Source: Sphyrna mokarran (Eukaryota). From it: DNA of 64,000 nt. The notes beneath the pieces are model-generated. The model made no database searches. It was not told the origin of the DNA and saw nothing but the letters and a program-made list of their open reading frames with translations. Positions 36,178 to 48,659 of this stretch are shown here, in pieces; the stretch's first letter is position 1; each line of letters begins with the position of its first letter. Made by a program: the position numbers and the translations under genes. Location of the stretch: the NCBI GenBank assembly GCA_024679065.1, contig JAGIQG010000040.1, forward strand, positions 4,092,001 to 4,156,000. Direction: 5' to 3'.

Positions 36178-39100
36178 ATGGAGACGAATCTGAGAACAAT
36201 GGATTGCAATGTTACAACAGTGGATCAGAACTTGAAAACAGTCGATTGCAATGTTACAACAGTGGATCGGAGTTTCTCCATGGCACTTTTCATGCTTAAT
36301 CAGGATTTGATGCCGTTGACATTAGCATTGTTGATCGAAAATATAGTTCTCGTTATCCAAGCAGTTTACTATCCAATTTTGGCAATTGTTGGTGTCCCTG
36401 GTAAGTCTCCTGATGCAATCTGTTATTCCATAAACAGTGTTGAATTATTTTTGTTCTTTTCACATATATTTTGGGGAAAAATGAAGTCATTTTCTTCAGA
36501 CCCAGTCATCACGATTGTTATATGCCAACTCATTAATGAGAACATAAGAACTAAGAGCAGGAGTAGGTTATCTTGCTCTTCGAACGTGCTCTGCCATTCA
36601 CTGAGATCATGGCTGGTCTTGCATGGACTCAGCTCCACTAACCCACACACTCATCATAACTTTTATTTCCTTTACTATTCAAAAGTTTATCTATCCTTGC
36701 CTCAAAAACATTCATTGAGACAGCCTTAATTGCTTCACTGGGCAAAGAGTTTCACAGATTCACAACCCTTTGGGCGAAGAAATTCCTCCTCTTTTCAGTC
36801 CTAAACCTGCTCACTCTTATTTTGAAGCCATTTCCCCTAGTTTTAGTTTCACCCGCCAGTGTAAACAACTTCCCTGGTTCTATCTTATCTATTCCCTTCA
36901 TAATCTTATGCGTTTCTCTAAGATCTTTCCTCAATCTTCTGAAATCCAATGAGTATAATCTCAGTCTACTCATTCCTTCCTCTTACGCCAATACGCTCAA
37001 CTCCGGAATCAATCTTTATCTTATCCAGCCGCCTTTCGTGCGGCACCTTGTCAAATGGGTTCTAAAAAGAAAGATACACCACATCCATAGGTTCCCCATT
37101 GTCTAATGTGCAAATAGTGTTCTCAAAGGATTCTACCAAATTAGTCAGACATGACCTGCCCTTCATGAACATATGTTGTGTCTTCCCAATAGGACAATTG
37201 ATACTTTAGATGTTTCGCTATTTTTTCCATGATGATAGATTAAATACTTTTCCATGCTGCAGAGGTTAAATTAACCAGCCTATACTTACCCCACTTTTGT
37301 CTATCTCTTTTGTAAAACCGTGGCATCACATTTCCTATTTTCTGCTGGACCACCCCAGAGTCCAGCGAATTTTGGTAAATTATCACTAGAGCATTTTCTA
37401 TTTTCCCTGCCATCTCTATTCGTACCTGGGATGCATTCAACCAGAGCTGGGAGATTTGTCCACTTTTAGCCCATTTGCTTGCCAACGCTACCTCTTTAGT
37501 GATAATGGTAATTTCTCAGCATTCATCTGTTATAGCCTTTGTGTCATCGATTACTGTCATGTTATTTGTGGCTTCCACCGTGAAGGCGAACACAAAATAC
37601 TGGTGCATTGCCTCAGCCATTTCCTCATTTCCAGTTATTACATATCCCTTCTCATCCCCTGATGGACCAATCCTTAATTTAGTCACTTCTTTTCGTTTTA
37701 GATATTCGCAGAAATATTTGCTACCTCTTTTGCTATTCTGAGCTAGTTTACTCTGATAATCCATCTTACTTCACTTTATACCTTTTTCCCTGGCTTTCTG
37801 TTGATTTTTAAAGATTTTTCAATTCTCTAGTTTCCCACTAATCCTTGCCAATTTGTAAGCATTTTCTTTCAATCTGACACTTTCCTTTATTCCCTTAGAT
37901 ATCTATAGCTGATTATATATTTTTCTATGTTCCTTCCTTATCACTAGTACAAACGTTTGCACTGCACTACGGAAAATCACTTTGAAGATCCTTCCCTGTT
38001 CCTCAATTGTCCCACAATAATTTGCTCTTAGGCAACTCCTCCTCATCTCAATGTAGACTCCTTTGTTTAAGCACAAGGCACTGATATTGGATTTTATGTT
38101 GTATCTGTATTTTAAATTCAACAATACTGTGAGCACTTCTACCGAGAGAACCCCTAACTATATAATCATTCATTAGTCCTGCCTCATTGCACAGGACCAG
38201 ATTTAGGATAGCTTGCTTCCTCGTAGGTTCCATTGCATGCTTTTGAAACAAGCTATCGCAGATGCATTCTACGACATCTTCCAAAATACTACGATGACCG
38301 ACCTGGTTTGACCAATTTTAATATTATCCTAGCCATATTACTCCACTTCCACATATTCATAAATAACAGGTCAACAACAAATGTCTGCATCTTAACACAC
38401 AGTTTGTGCTCACCACTATTCCTCTGCTCACTGACCTACAAATGTTTCCTTTAGGCAGAAATTCTTTTTTATTATTCTTATGCTTATAGTCAAATTCCTC
38501 TATGTCTCCATCCCACCAAATAAACCCGATTCCCTTTCCATTCCCCATATTCTGGCAAACGGTTACTTAACCTTTTGTTATGGATCCTGTTATGTTGCGA
38601 GAAAGTTAATGAAGCTGTTTTGTATGGGTTTCTCGAGGTTGCGTTGTGAGCTGTTAGAGGATATTTTGACTCAGTACTCGGTAACATATTAGAAATGAGG
38701 CTCCATGTCTTGTTCCTTGAACAAGACTTGGAGCCTCATGTCAGGGTAAAGACAGTGTTGTCCATGGCAATTAGGTTCAAAGTTTCTATCAACTCCTCTG
38801 GATGTGGAAATTTTCCAAACAGTGCATATGACATGTCTATTCCCATTCACATCTCGCAGCTCTGTCAGAAGCAAAGAAGCGGCAAATTGAGTGATGGGCA
38901 GGAAAACAAGTCCCAGAGACTGAACAATATTTAGCTTTTGAAATTGGGAGAGAAAAGATAAGTTTAAATCAAAATCCAAGTCAAAAATAAAACAAGAACT
39001 GGAATCTGAGCAGGGCACTGTTAATGATTATTACAGCATGGTATACAGATATTAGAGTGGTAACGGAGCTGAAGTGTGGACGGAATAATAGCTGCTCTTC

Positions 39101-40927
39101 ACAGTAGGGGAAATGCCCTTAATAAACCAGCTCCCACAGCACAACAATGCCTCATCGATCAGCAGCATGCTTCTAAGTATTTACAGTTGACAGATCAGAA
39201 TTCTCATCAAGTGCTTACTTAGGGTCGTACTCAACAATGTAGAATAGCGCCTTTAATGCCGTTCTAATGTGAAGAGGGCAGATTAAACCACCCCCGAGCT
39301 CTTCAGAGTTTAAACTTGAGCCAGTATTGTCCATGGCAATTAGGTTCAAAGTTTCTATCAACTACTCTGGATGTGGAAATTTTCCAAACAGTGCATATGA
39401 CATGTCTATTCCCATTCACATCTCGCAGCTCTGTCAGAAGCAAAGAAGTGGCAAATTGAGTGATGGGCAGGAAAACAAGCCCCAGGGACAAAGCTGGACA
39501 TTCACCCTTATCTTGTCCCCGTTTTTCCCAGATGAATATATGGTCAGACTAATGTGAATATGAGATTGTGGGTTTCAAAATGGAGAATTAATCCGACTCG
39601 AGTTTGATAGGCAAAGCCAACCCATCATTTGTTGAACCGTCCCTGCAACTGATTTAAAACTTGTCTCTTTAGTTTCTAATGTCTTGCATGCTCTTTCCTA
39701 CAAACTCCATTGAAATGATCGCATATCTGTCCTCTGCCCATAACAAAACTGCAACCTCTTTGTCCTCTAGTTACCCACCAGTGATGGGTCTCTCCATCAC
39801 TTTTGCATGTCGCATCATTCTTGCCTCCCCTTTCTTCTCACATTTTGTTTTTTTTTTCACATCTGCTTCTCCCAGATCTTCACAGATCTTTCCGTTTCTC
39901 CTCTCTGGTCTTTTTATTTCAGTACATCACAGGATGCAGTAGCACATCTCATTATTTATTCTATTAAATTGGCAACTTGCCTACAACCCGATGTATATTT
40001 TAGTGTTTATTTTCCTTCCTTACAGCGAACTTAATCACGATTGTCATTCTGAAGTGCAAAAAATGTGGTCTCTCCAAATGTGTCACTTGTTATCTGGTGG
40101 CGATGTCAGTGGCTGATCTACTAGTCCTTATCCTTGACCTGTTATTGAGACAAATTCCAGCAGTTTATAATGAATCGTTTCATTTCGTACACTCCATTCC
40201 TGTGTGCAATTTTCACGCTGTTCTGCTCTATTCAGCTACTGACTGTTCAGTCTGGTTCACCGTCACTTTCACCTTTGATCGATTTGTTGCCATTTGTTGC
40301 CAGAAACTGAAAAGTAAATATTGCAACAAGAAAACAGCAGCTATCATTCTGGGAACAGTGGCAGCTCTGAGCTGCCTAAAAAATATTTTCTGGTGCTTCA
40401 TGTTATTAGGTGATTATACATTGTTCAATGACCCCTGGTTTTGTGCTTACAAAAGAGACATTCTGTTCTCTTCATTCTGGGTAACAATCGAATTCATCCA
40501 CAACATTCTAACACCATGTGTTCCATTTGTCCTAATTCTGCTACTGAATGTTTTCACAATCAGACATATTTTGGTGATGAGCAGGGCCCGCAGGAGATTG
40601 CGGTCTCGAAGCAGTGAGGAAAATTACAAAGATCCAGAGATGGAGAGTCGAAGGAAATCCATAATTTTGGTGCTGTTTATTTCCGTCAATTTTGTTCTTT
40701 TATGGTCAACGTTAATGATATTTTCCATATGGAGACGGATGCATGGTTTAGGGTTTCGGTCTATGCACTTAGACTTTTATGTTCTGGAATTAGGTTTCGT
40801 GACGCAACTCCTGAGTTGCTGCACAAACACTGGGATTTATGCCGTCACCCAAACTAAGTTCAGAGAGCAGTTGAAGAATGTGGTGAAAAAACCCTTCATT
40901 GTAATTGTCCAATTCATTCAAAAATGA
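36178..40927 (+). CDS. GPR139-like class A GPCR, two exons (36178-36400; 40026-40927), 374 aa
   Basis: Exon 1 ...YYPILAIVGVP G|gtaagt; acceptor ttacag|; spliced 1125 nt in frame; DRF, DPEMESRRKS, SCCTNTGIY; same intron position and exon 2 length (902 nt) as the minus-strand paralog. Confidence 0.92.
36540..38290 (-). mobile_element. Decayed CR1-type LINE (intronic)
   Basis: RRNFFAQRVVNL, EEMAEAMHQYFVFAFT, AILNLVLCNE; (TTCTTATG)-type tail. Confidence 0.85.
38759..39485. repeat. Pair of near-identical ~158 bp direct repeats (38759-38916; 39328-39485)
   Basis: 'tgtccatggcaattaggttc...gcaggaaaacaag' repeated with ~3 substitutions. Confidence 0.92.
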
Positions 40928-41399
40928 GACCAACTGAAATACTGAGGGTTTGCAATAGCATACCATTTTAAAAATATCCAGGGATACTGGGATGGGGAAT
41001 TGACATGAGTTGCAAACAAATTCCGTTGCAATCCCTCCTCTCTGGTTGGTCAATCCAATTGTCCAACACCCTGCTCCTTCACTAAAATTTGATTGAAAAT
41101 AGTCCCTGAAAGTTCTGCCCCACAACGTCCGGTGCAAATATTCATTAGTTCACCATTGCACACTCATTGGATATAAATCCTTACCTGCTCACCCCATATG
41201 AATTGGGGTTACAAGAAGAGTGGGGAAGGGCTGGAGCTTTTGTAAGGGATATGAGGCCATTCAGATGCCTCTAGAGAGAGGTGACATCTATTTAATTCCA
41301 TAGAATTTAAACTAAGGAAATGTGGGAGGGCAGGGTGGTGGGGGCGAGTGAGGGAGATATAAATATACACAGTGTCCAAGCTCACAATGAACTTTCCAC

Positions 41400-41630
41400 A
41401 ATCATTATTTCACACTGACATAGTCAGATTGTCTCTGAGCTCATATTGGATCCCACATTCCATATTTCATATAGCCATAGAGTCATACTGTCTCTGAGCT
41501 CGCATCAAATGCACCACACTCAATATACTTATATCATCGCCTCATACTATCTCTGAACTCACATCCGCATCCTCTGTATTCAATATTTCACATGGGCATA
41601 GACTCACACTGTCTCTGAACTCACATCTAA
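41400..41630. repeat. Degenerate ~60 bp tandem repeat, four units
   Basis: 't[g/a]tctctga[g/a]ctc' recurs at ~41430, 41489, 41548 and 41610. Confidence 0.75.
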
Positions 41631-41729
41631 TAATCAAGGACAAACAAAAATCAAAATTGAATATTTTTGTCAGTAAAGGGTGATGAATAACTTGAGACGT
41701 CTATGCACACTCATGTGTGCCCATATACA

Positions 41730-41744
41730 CGAGTGTGTGTGTGT

Positions 41745-41785
<41 letters not shown>

Positions 41786-42047
41786 TATGTGTATATGTGT
41801 GTGTGTGTGTGTGTGCGTGTGTCTGTGGGTATGCATATTTGTTTGTCTGTGTGTCTATGTATACAGTGTGTGAGAGTACAAATGGTTCTGTCTGTTTCTG
41901 AGTGTGTTTGTTTTGTCTGTTTGCATCTGTGCGTGCATGTGACTGCCTCTGTCTCTGAGTATTCCTATGCTTGTGTGTGCATATGTGTGTATGTTTTTGT
42001 GTGTATGTGCGTGCCTATGTATATGTATTTGTGAGTGTTTGGCTGTT

Positions 42048-42083
<36 letters not shown>

Positions 42084-42461
42084 GGTTTTCGTGTCTGTTA
42101 TTGCAGGCAATTGGAAAGTCTGGGTCCTGATTACTGAAGGACTGAAGATGCTCTGCAGACTGGTCACTCAGTCTTCATTTGGGCTCCCTCATGTTTGTTA
42201 TCACCGTATCTGTTTGGGTTCCCTCTAGGTGCTATGGGTTTTATCCTACAATTCAAAGATATACAGGTTAGGATAATTAACCATGGTGAATGCAGTGTTA
42301 CGGGGATAGGTGAGGGAAGTATCCTGGGTAAGGTACACTGTCAGAGCGTCGGGCTAATGGCCTCCTTCTGCATTGTAGTGACTCTATGATTCTAAGTAAG
42401 TTGCGCTTGCATTTATGTATGTTTGTATGTGCATGGGTTGCGTGTATCCATATTCATGTGC

Positions 42462-42510
<49 letters not shown>
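41730..42510. repeat. (TG)n microsatellites and degenerate TG-rich tract with an embedded SINE fragment
   Basis: Pure TG runs at ~41733-41820, 42053-42082 and 42466-42510. Confidence 0.95.
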
Positions 42511-42512
<2 letters not shown>

Positions 42513-43749
42513 GGTCGCCATCCAATATCATTAACAAGAAACATTGGTTAGTCTCCAAGAAATTCTCCTTGTCCCCTTTTTTATTAAACAATGTCAGGAT
42601 AGGCAGAGCATATGTATGATACAAAATAAATCAATAAACCTTGCTCTATACCGCACAAGCACTTGTTTACCGAAGTCAAAATCACAGATGGATTTCCACA
42701 AAATGAAGTTCCATCAGCACCATGGCACAAAATAATTCGAGTTCATTTGCAACAGGGGAGAGCTACAGACTAAATCTTCCTCTGCACTGCACCAACAGCA
42801 ATACCCAGGATAACTACTGCACGAGTGATTACAACGTGATTCTGGTTCGATGAGATTTAGTCTTGAGGAAAACTGTAAATGAAATGTGGTTCAAGTCCTA
42901 AGTTAGTAGAAATAAAATTGTACTCTCTTAACTTAACTTATTGAGAATCAGAGAGTTCAACATTTCAGAAGGAGGCAATTAGACCCATTGAGTGTGCACC
43001 GACTCTCTGACAGATTATTTCACCCAGCCCATTTCCCCCATCCTATCCCCAAATCACTAGATTTACCATGGAAAATCAATCTAACCTGCACATCTTTGTA
43101 TTATGGAAGGAAACTGGAGGACATGGAGGAAACCTAGGCATACACGTGGAGAATATACATTGGAGAGACAAAATGCAAACTGGGGTAGCAGTTAGCAAAA
43201 CACCTTTGGTCCTTCTGAAATCAGGGCCCAGAACTTCATGATGCCTGCCATTTGAACACTCCACTCTGCTCTCCTACCAGCATGTCCGATTTGGGCCTTT
43301 CCCAATGTTCCAGTGAAGCTTAAAATAGAATGATAGAACAGCAATTCTTCTTCCCACTTTACAGCTTTCCGGACTGAGCATTGAGTTCAAAACATTCAGA
43401 ACGTGAACTCTGCCTTTGACATTCATCCCCTTTCCATTTATTTTATTTCATTATTTCGTTTCCTCTTGTTCATACATTTTTAATATTTTGCATTCTTATT
43501 TCTAGTTTTCCATTTCGAAAATCTCGCTTTTCCTCTCTCCCTGTTGTACTCTCAGCTAGGCTACACTGCCGCATTTTTACACCTTGCACCTTTGTTCTGC
43601 CATTTACATATTCTGATTAATGGGCGATCAGATTTTGACCATTCCATTCCTATCAATTTTAGCACCAACCCAACCGTACCCCCGCCCAACGCACATCCAT
43701 ACCTCTCATCCTCACAGTAGAAATCTGATATTCCATTTCTTCTGAATTA

Positions 43750-44550
43750 CTTTGCTTACATGATGAACATAGTCAATGATAGAGCAATAAGAAGTTCTGT
43801 GGAACAAAGTGCCCTCAGCATGTTTGTCTATAGATCTCTGAAAGTGGAGGGCATTATAGTAAAGTGATGAGAAAGGCACATGAGACACTTGCCTTTATCA
43901 ATCGTTTACAAAAGCAATCAATCAATTACAAAAGCAGGGGAGTCCTGTTGGAGTTGTGTAGAATTTTGATGATGTCCTTGCTCTACTCTCGTCGATCATC
44001 TTGGTGACCTCCTTGGAATAATCAGTCAAGTTCAGTAATTTCCTCTGCCCCTCTGAGTTTCACTCATTAGTCCATGCTTTTCCAAATGTGCATATATTCT
44101 ATCCCGAAGAATCCTCTCCAATGATTTCCCAAACACCGATGTGAGACTCACCTGTCTACAATTCCCTAGGTGTTTTTTTTCATGAACAGAAGAACATTAA
44201 CATTACTCGCCATATTGTGGGACCTCTTCAGTGGTAGTGGTAGTACAAAGATCGTTATCAAGGCCACAGCAATTTCCTTTCTTACTTCTTTCAGTAAATT
44301 GGTGTAAATCCCATCAGGCTCTGGGGACTTATACATTTTAGCGCTCGTTAAAAGACCCAAAATGACTTCTTTCTGTCACTGAAAAAGCCGTAACACATTA
44401 GCATCCTCCATGCTAATCCAAAAATGCTCCATATCCTTCTCCTTAGTGAACACAGATGGAAAATACTCCTTTAGGATCTCACCCAAATACAATTATTCCA
44501 AGAAAAAGTTTCCTCCTTTATGCTTGAGTAGACAAACATTCTCCCTTGTT
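43750..44550. mobile_element. Two CR1 fragments in opposite orientations
   Basis: KSPEPDGIY on the minus strand; RT C-terminal remnant on the plus strand. Confidence 0.65.
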
Positions 44551-44569
44551 ATCTCTCCTTCAATATCAA

Positions 44570-45265
44570 CAAAACGAAGCACATAGTCATCGACTTCAAG
44601 AAGGTTAGTGGAGGACCAAGTGAAATGTTCAAGGGCTTCAAATTCCTAGATGACTCGATCAGCAATGAAGTGTCCAGGCCCCTCTATAGTTATGAAAGCT
44701 CACCAACGCCTCTACTTTCTCAGAGACTAAGGGAATTTATCATGTCCGCTGCGACTCTCACCAAAGTTTGTTGACGCGCCATAGAAAACATTATTTCTGG
44801 TTGTGTCACAGCTTGGTGTGATCCCTGCTCTGCGCCTAAGACTGTAGAAAAAAAATGCAAGGCGTCGTGAAAGAAGCCTAGGCTACCATTCAAACCAATC
44901 TCCCACCTATTGATACTGAGTACGCTTCCCGCTGCTTCTCAAAAGTAGCCAGCATACTTAAGGATCCTACACACACCGGACATAATCTTTTCCAGCTTCT
45001 TCCGTCGAGAAAATTATTTAAAAATCTGAGGACAAGTACCAACTAACTCAAGAAAAGCTTCTTCCCTGCTGTCATCAAGCCTTTGAATGGACCTATCTCG
45101 TATTAAGTTGATGTTTCTGTACACCCTAGCTGTGACTGTAACAGTGCATTGCGAATTCTGGCCCTTCCTTTATAGATGAACAGTATGCTTTGTCTATGTA
45201 GCACGCACGAAAGAATATTTTTCACTGCATATTAATACAGCTAACAATAATAAATCAAATCAAAC
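44570..45265 (+). mobile_element. Rex/Babar-type LINE 3' fragment
   Basis: Tail 'aataataaatcaaatcaaa'; similar to 13620-14350 in reverse. Confidence 0.8.
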
Positions 45266-45294
45266 CATAAAAGAAACGGCAAATAAAATTGCCA

Positions 45295-45580
45295 TAATGG
45301 TACAGTGGTGAGCACTGCTGCCTCGCAGCGCAAAGAGCCAGGATTCAATTCCGACCTGGGATCACTGTCGGTGTGGAGTTTAGACATTCTCCCCGTGTCT
45401 GCGTGGGTTACCTCCGGGCGCTCCGGTTTCTTCCCAAAGTCCAAAGATATGCTGGTTGCGTTGATTGGCCATGCAATGCTGACCCGAGATTCAGAGGTCT
45501 GGGTGGGATCGTAGTCGTTGTAGAATCAATGAGCCGAATGGCCTCCTTCGGAATGTCGGGATCCGATGGGATTCTATGAT
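45295..45580 (+). mobile_element. HE1-type (V-SINE) tRNA-derived SINE
   Basis: 'cagtggtgagcactgctgcctcgcagcgc...attcaattcc...gtgtggagttt...attctccccgtgtctgcgtgggtt'. Confidence 0.85.
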
Positions 45581-46832
45581 TTTCACTATATCTGCTATAG
45601 CAAAGTGTGTCCACTAGATGGCTATGAAACCTCGATTTTTGGCATTACAGCAAACGGAGATAGTTTCAATTATTACTACAAAGGTTTCGGTCTCTGCTCA
45701 TCTTGAAATGCATACAGCTTATGTTTATACACCACAAAATCACATTTCTGAATGTATGACAATAATTCAGTTATTTCTGTACTCGGCAAAATTCCCAATG
45801 TCATTATGGTTATTCAGAACTTAATTGATATACAACATTGAGTTAAATCTTGGCTAATGTCATAATACTCCGTTTTCTGAATTGTTATTTCACGAGAACC
45901 TGTCTATCCTGATCCTGTACCAGAAGATGTTACTGCTTGCATTTCGCAAAGTTCTGTCTCAGTTATTACATTGCTGGAACCTATCTCTTTTACACGACAT
46001 TTCAAGCACTATTGCACCAGCTCAGCTTCCTGTTCATAAGCAACAGTATCTTGTCCTTGTTATTATTGTGTTATGTCATTTTTCTTCGTTGCTACGCTTG
46101 TCCCTATTAAAGCTTTCATTGACGCAAGGTCTTTGCCATTCATTGCTATGCCAGGCTTTGTCTCAGTTTCTATTATACAATGTCAGGAATCAGATAAAAC
46201 TACACTAGGCCCTGGGTCAGCCTAATTACATTCGATCTTCTTGTGTAATTAAAGCGCCAGACCAAAACCCTTGTTCATTTTCTGCAAGATACTGCCTCAA
46301 TTTAACTTTACTCAGTGATGCACCAGAGACTCGAGCTGGTAAACGTGAACTGCATCAGTCCAAGAAGGCAGCTCATCTCCACCTTCTAAAAGGCAAATTA
46401 GGGAAGGGCAACAGATGCCAGTGACGCCCGCATAAATGATTTGAAATAGTGCAGCAATACAAGGCACTAAAACTAGATGAATATAAACAGCGCAATAATA
46501 ACATGAGCTGTGCCTTAGAGTGATATAAACGAATTTATGGGTTATATTGAATAAGAGAATCATGATCAGATATAATATTAAAATAAACAGTTACTTGTGT
46601 GATCTTCGTAGAAAAATACTTGTGGGAGTCAAATATAACAAAACGATATAAAGGTTTTTTATTCAGAATTGATCAGGTAACTGATTCCAAAAATAATCGC
46701 AGAGAATTAGAACAATTAGAGCATTAGAATTTTACTGATAGGCCCCACTCTTTCAAAAACAGAGACTGCTGGGCCCGGGGTCAGCCTGGAGCCTGATCTG
46801 AGGGAACAATTAGTTTTAGGGCCTTAGCGCAG

Positions 46833-46904
46833 GGTTTTTGTGTCACGGTGACTGACACAGTGAACTGTGTAGCAAACACAGATGCAACAATGAATACAAA
46901 GGAA
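46833..46904 (-). other. RSS-like cassette, possible D-segment relic
   Basis: Minus strand TTCCTTTGT-12-ATCTGTG | TTTGCTA | CACAGTT-21-ACAAAAACC; perfect nonamer but non-canonical spacer. Confidence 0.35.
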
Positions 46905-47091
46905 GGAGTGACTGACTCCACCTGACTAAAAACTAATATTCGAAGGAGAGTACAATCATCGTGGATTTGTGGTATCTGCAGGGCAATGCTGCATTGGTCA
47001 GAGGGAAAGAAAACAGTCTGTTCTTTTCCTTTCTTAGTAGCTATTTACACAGACAAACTGGGGGCAGGCCCTTGCAGAAATATAAGTGTTT

Positions 47092-47990
47092 CAGCATTTA
47101 TGAAACAGACTCATGAGAAGATGGATTGAGATACTGGAAGAGATAGGAAAATTAAAACAAGAAGGAAATGCAGGATGCTGGCAGATAAAGAGTTCAGAAA
47201 CAAAAACAAAAGAAACAAAGGGAGAGAAAATGATAAAATTATGAAAGAAAGGAAGAATTTTCAGCTAAGGAAATATGATGACTGAAAAGTTTAAATATCA
47301 AAATCTCATTAGAGTGGAAAAGGAAACTGTGCAACATTTGTTAAAGACAATTGTACTTCTTGTTCAAAAGAAGTTCTATCCAGTGTCACTCTGTTAAAAG
47401 TGATTGTTTGTGAACAATAATTAATGTATGAATGTTTCCTGTCATTTACCGACATATACAACATGTAGATTCTGTCAAAAGACAAAATCAGTACAAGATG
47501 TCAGCTGTATAAATATTGCATTTTATTCAGTCTCAATTCAGGACAGAGTTGGATCCAGAAAGGATGTTGGTACAATTGTATAGATGAACTATTCAAATAA
47601 CTCTATTGTCAATAATCCACCAAATTTTTAACCCCGTCAAGGATTTTCCTAATTTGTTTTCCGAAGTCACGGTTAAATCTGATTCCATCACCATTTCAGG
47701 CTGTCCATTCCAGTTCACAGCAACTCACTGTGTAAAAGTATATACATAACCTTCTGTCCGCCGATTGGTTACAGACCGCCCTCCCAGTTAAAAAGAAGTA
47801 TATTTTTAATTACCTCTCCCCCAACTTCATGATTTTCAGCACTTACGAAATAGACTCACGAGAAGATGGATTGAGATACAGGGAGAGATAGAAAAATTAA
47901 AACAAGAAAGAACTACAAGGTGCTGGCAGATTGAAAAGCTCAGAAACAAAAAGAAACAGAGGGAGAGAAAATGATAAAATTATGAAAGAT
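47092..47990. repeat. Pair of diverged ~150 bp direct repeats (~47092-47248; ~47837-47989)
   Basis: 'agactca[t/c]gagaagatggattgagatac...gggagagaaaatgataaaattatgaaaga' occurs twice. Confidence 0.88.
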
Positions 47991-47999
47991 GTGAACAAT

Positions 48000-48632
48000 T
48001 TTGTCCTCCATTGCTAAAGTGATGAAGTTTAAGAACAGCAAGGTTATATTGCAACTGTATAAAGGGCTAATGAGGCCGCACATGAAGCAGTATGTACAAT
48101 TTGGGTTTCCCTACTTGAGAAAGGATATACTGGCACTGGAGGAAATGCAGAAGAGATTCACTAGGTTAATTCTGAAGTTGAGAAGTTTGACTTATGAAGA
48201 GAGGCTGACAAAACTGGGGCTATGATCATTGTAATTCAGAAGAATGAGAGGAGATCTTACAGAAACATGTATGATTATGATAGAAATAGATAGGATAGAA
48301 ACAGGGAAGTTGCTTTCACTGACAGATGAAACTTGGGGGCAAAATAAGAGGGAGCAGATTTAGGACTGAGTTGAAGAGGAATTTCTTCACCCAACGGGTT
48401 GTGAAACTGTGGAATTCCCTGTCTAATGAATCTGTTGATGCTACCTTATTATGTTTTAAGGCAAAGGCAGATATATTTCTGAATAATAAAGGAATTAAGA
48501 GTTGTGATGTGCGGGCGGGTAGTGGAGCTGAGTCCATGAAGATAGTGGCCATGATCATTTGAACGACGGAACAGGCTCGAGTGTGAAGATGACCTATTGC
48601 TGCTCCTCGTTCTTATGATCTTATGTTCTTAT
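48000..48632 (+). mobile_element. CR1-type LINE 3' fragment
   Basis: LYKGLMRPH, RNFFTQRVVKLWNSL; (TTCTTATG) tail. Confidence 0.88.
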
Positions 48633-48659
48633 GTAACAAATTATTACTTCCTGCCTTCA

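Noticed and set aside
36401-36729. Continuation of ORF 36178-36729
   Set aside because: Read-through past the GT donor into intron and LINE tail.
41680-42619. Cys/Val-rich ORFs
   Set aside because: Translations of (TG)n microsatellites.
45880-45950. Minus-strand NIFWYR...DRFS resembling V-domain motifs
   Set aside because: Spacing far too short for a V domain; no YYC or RSS found.
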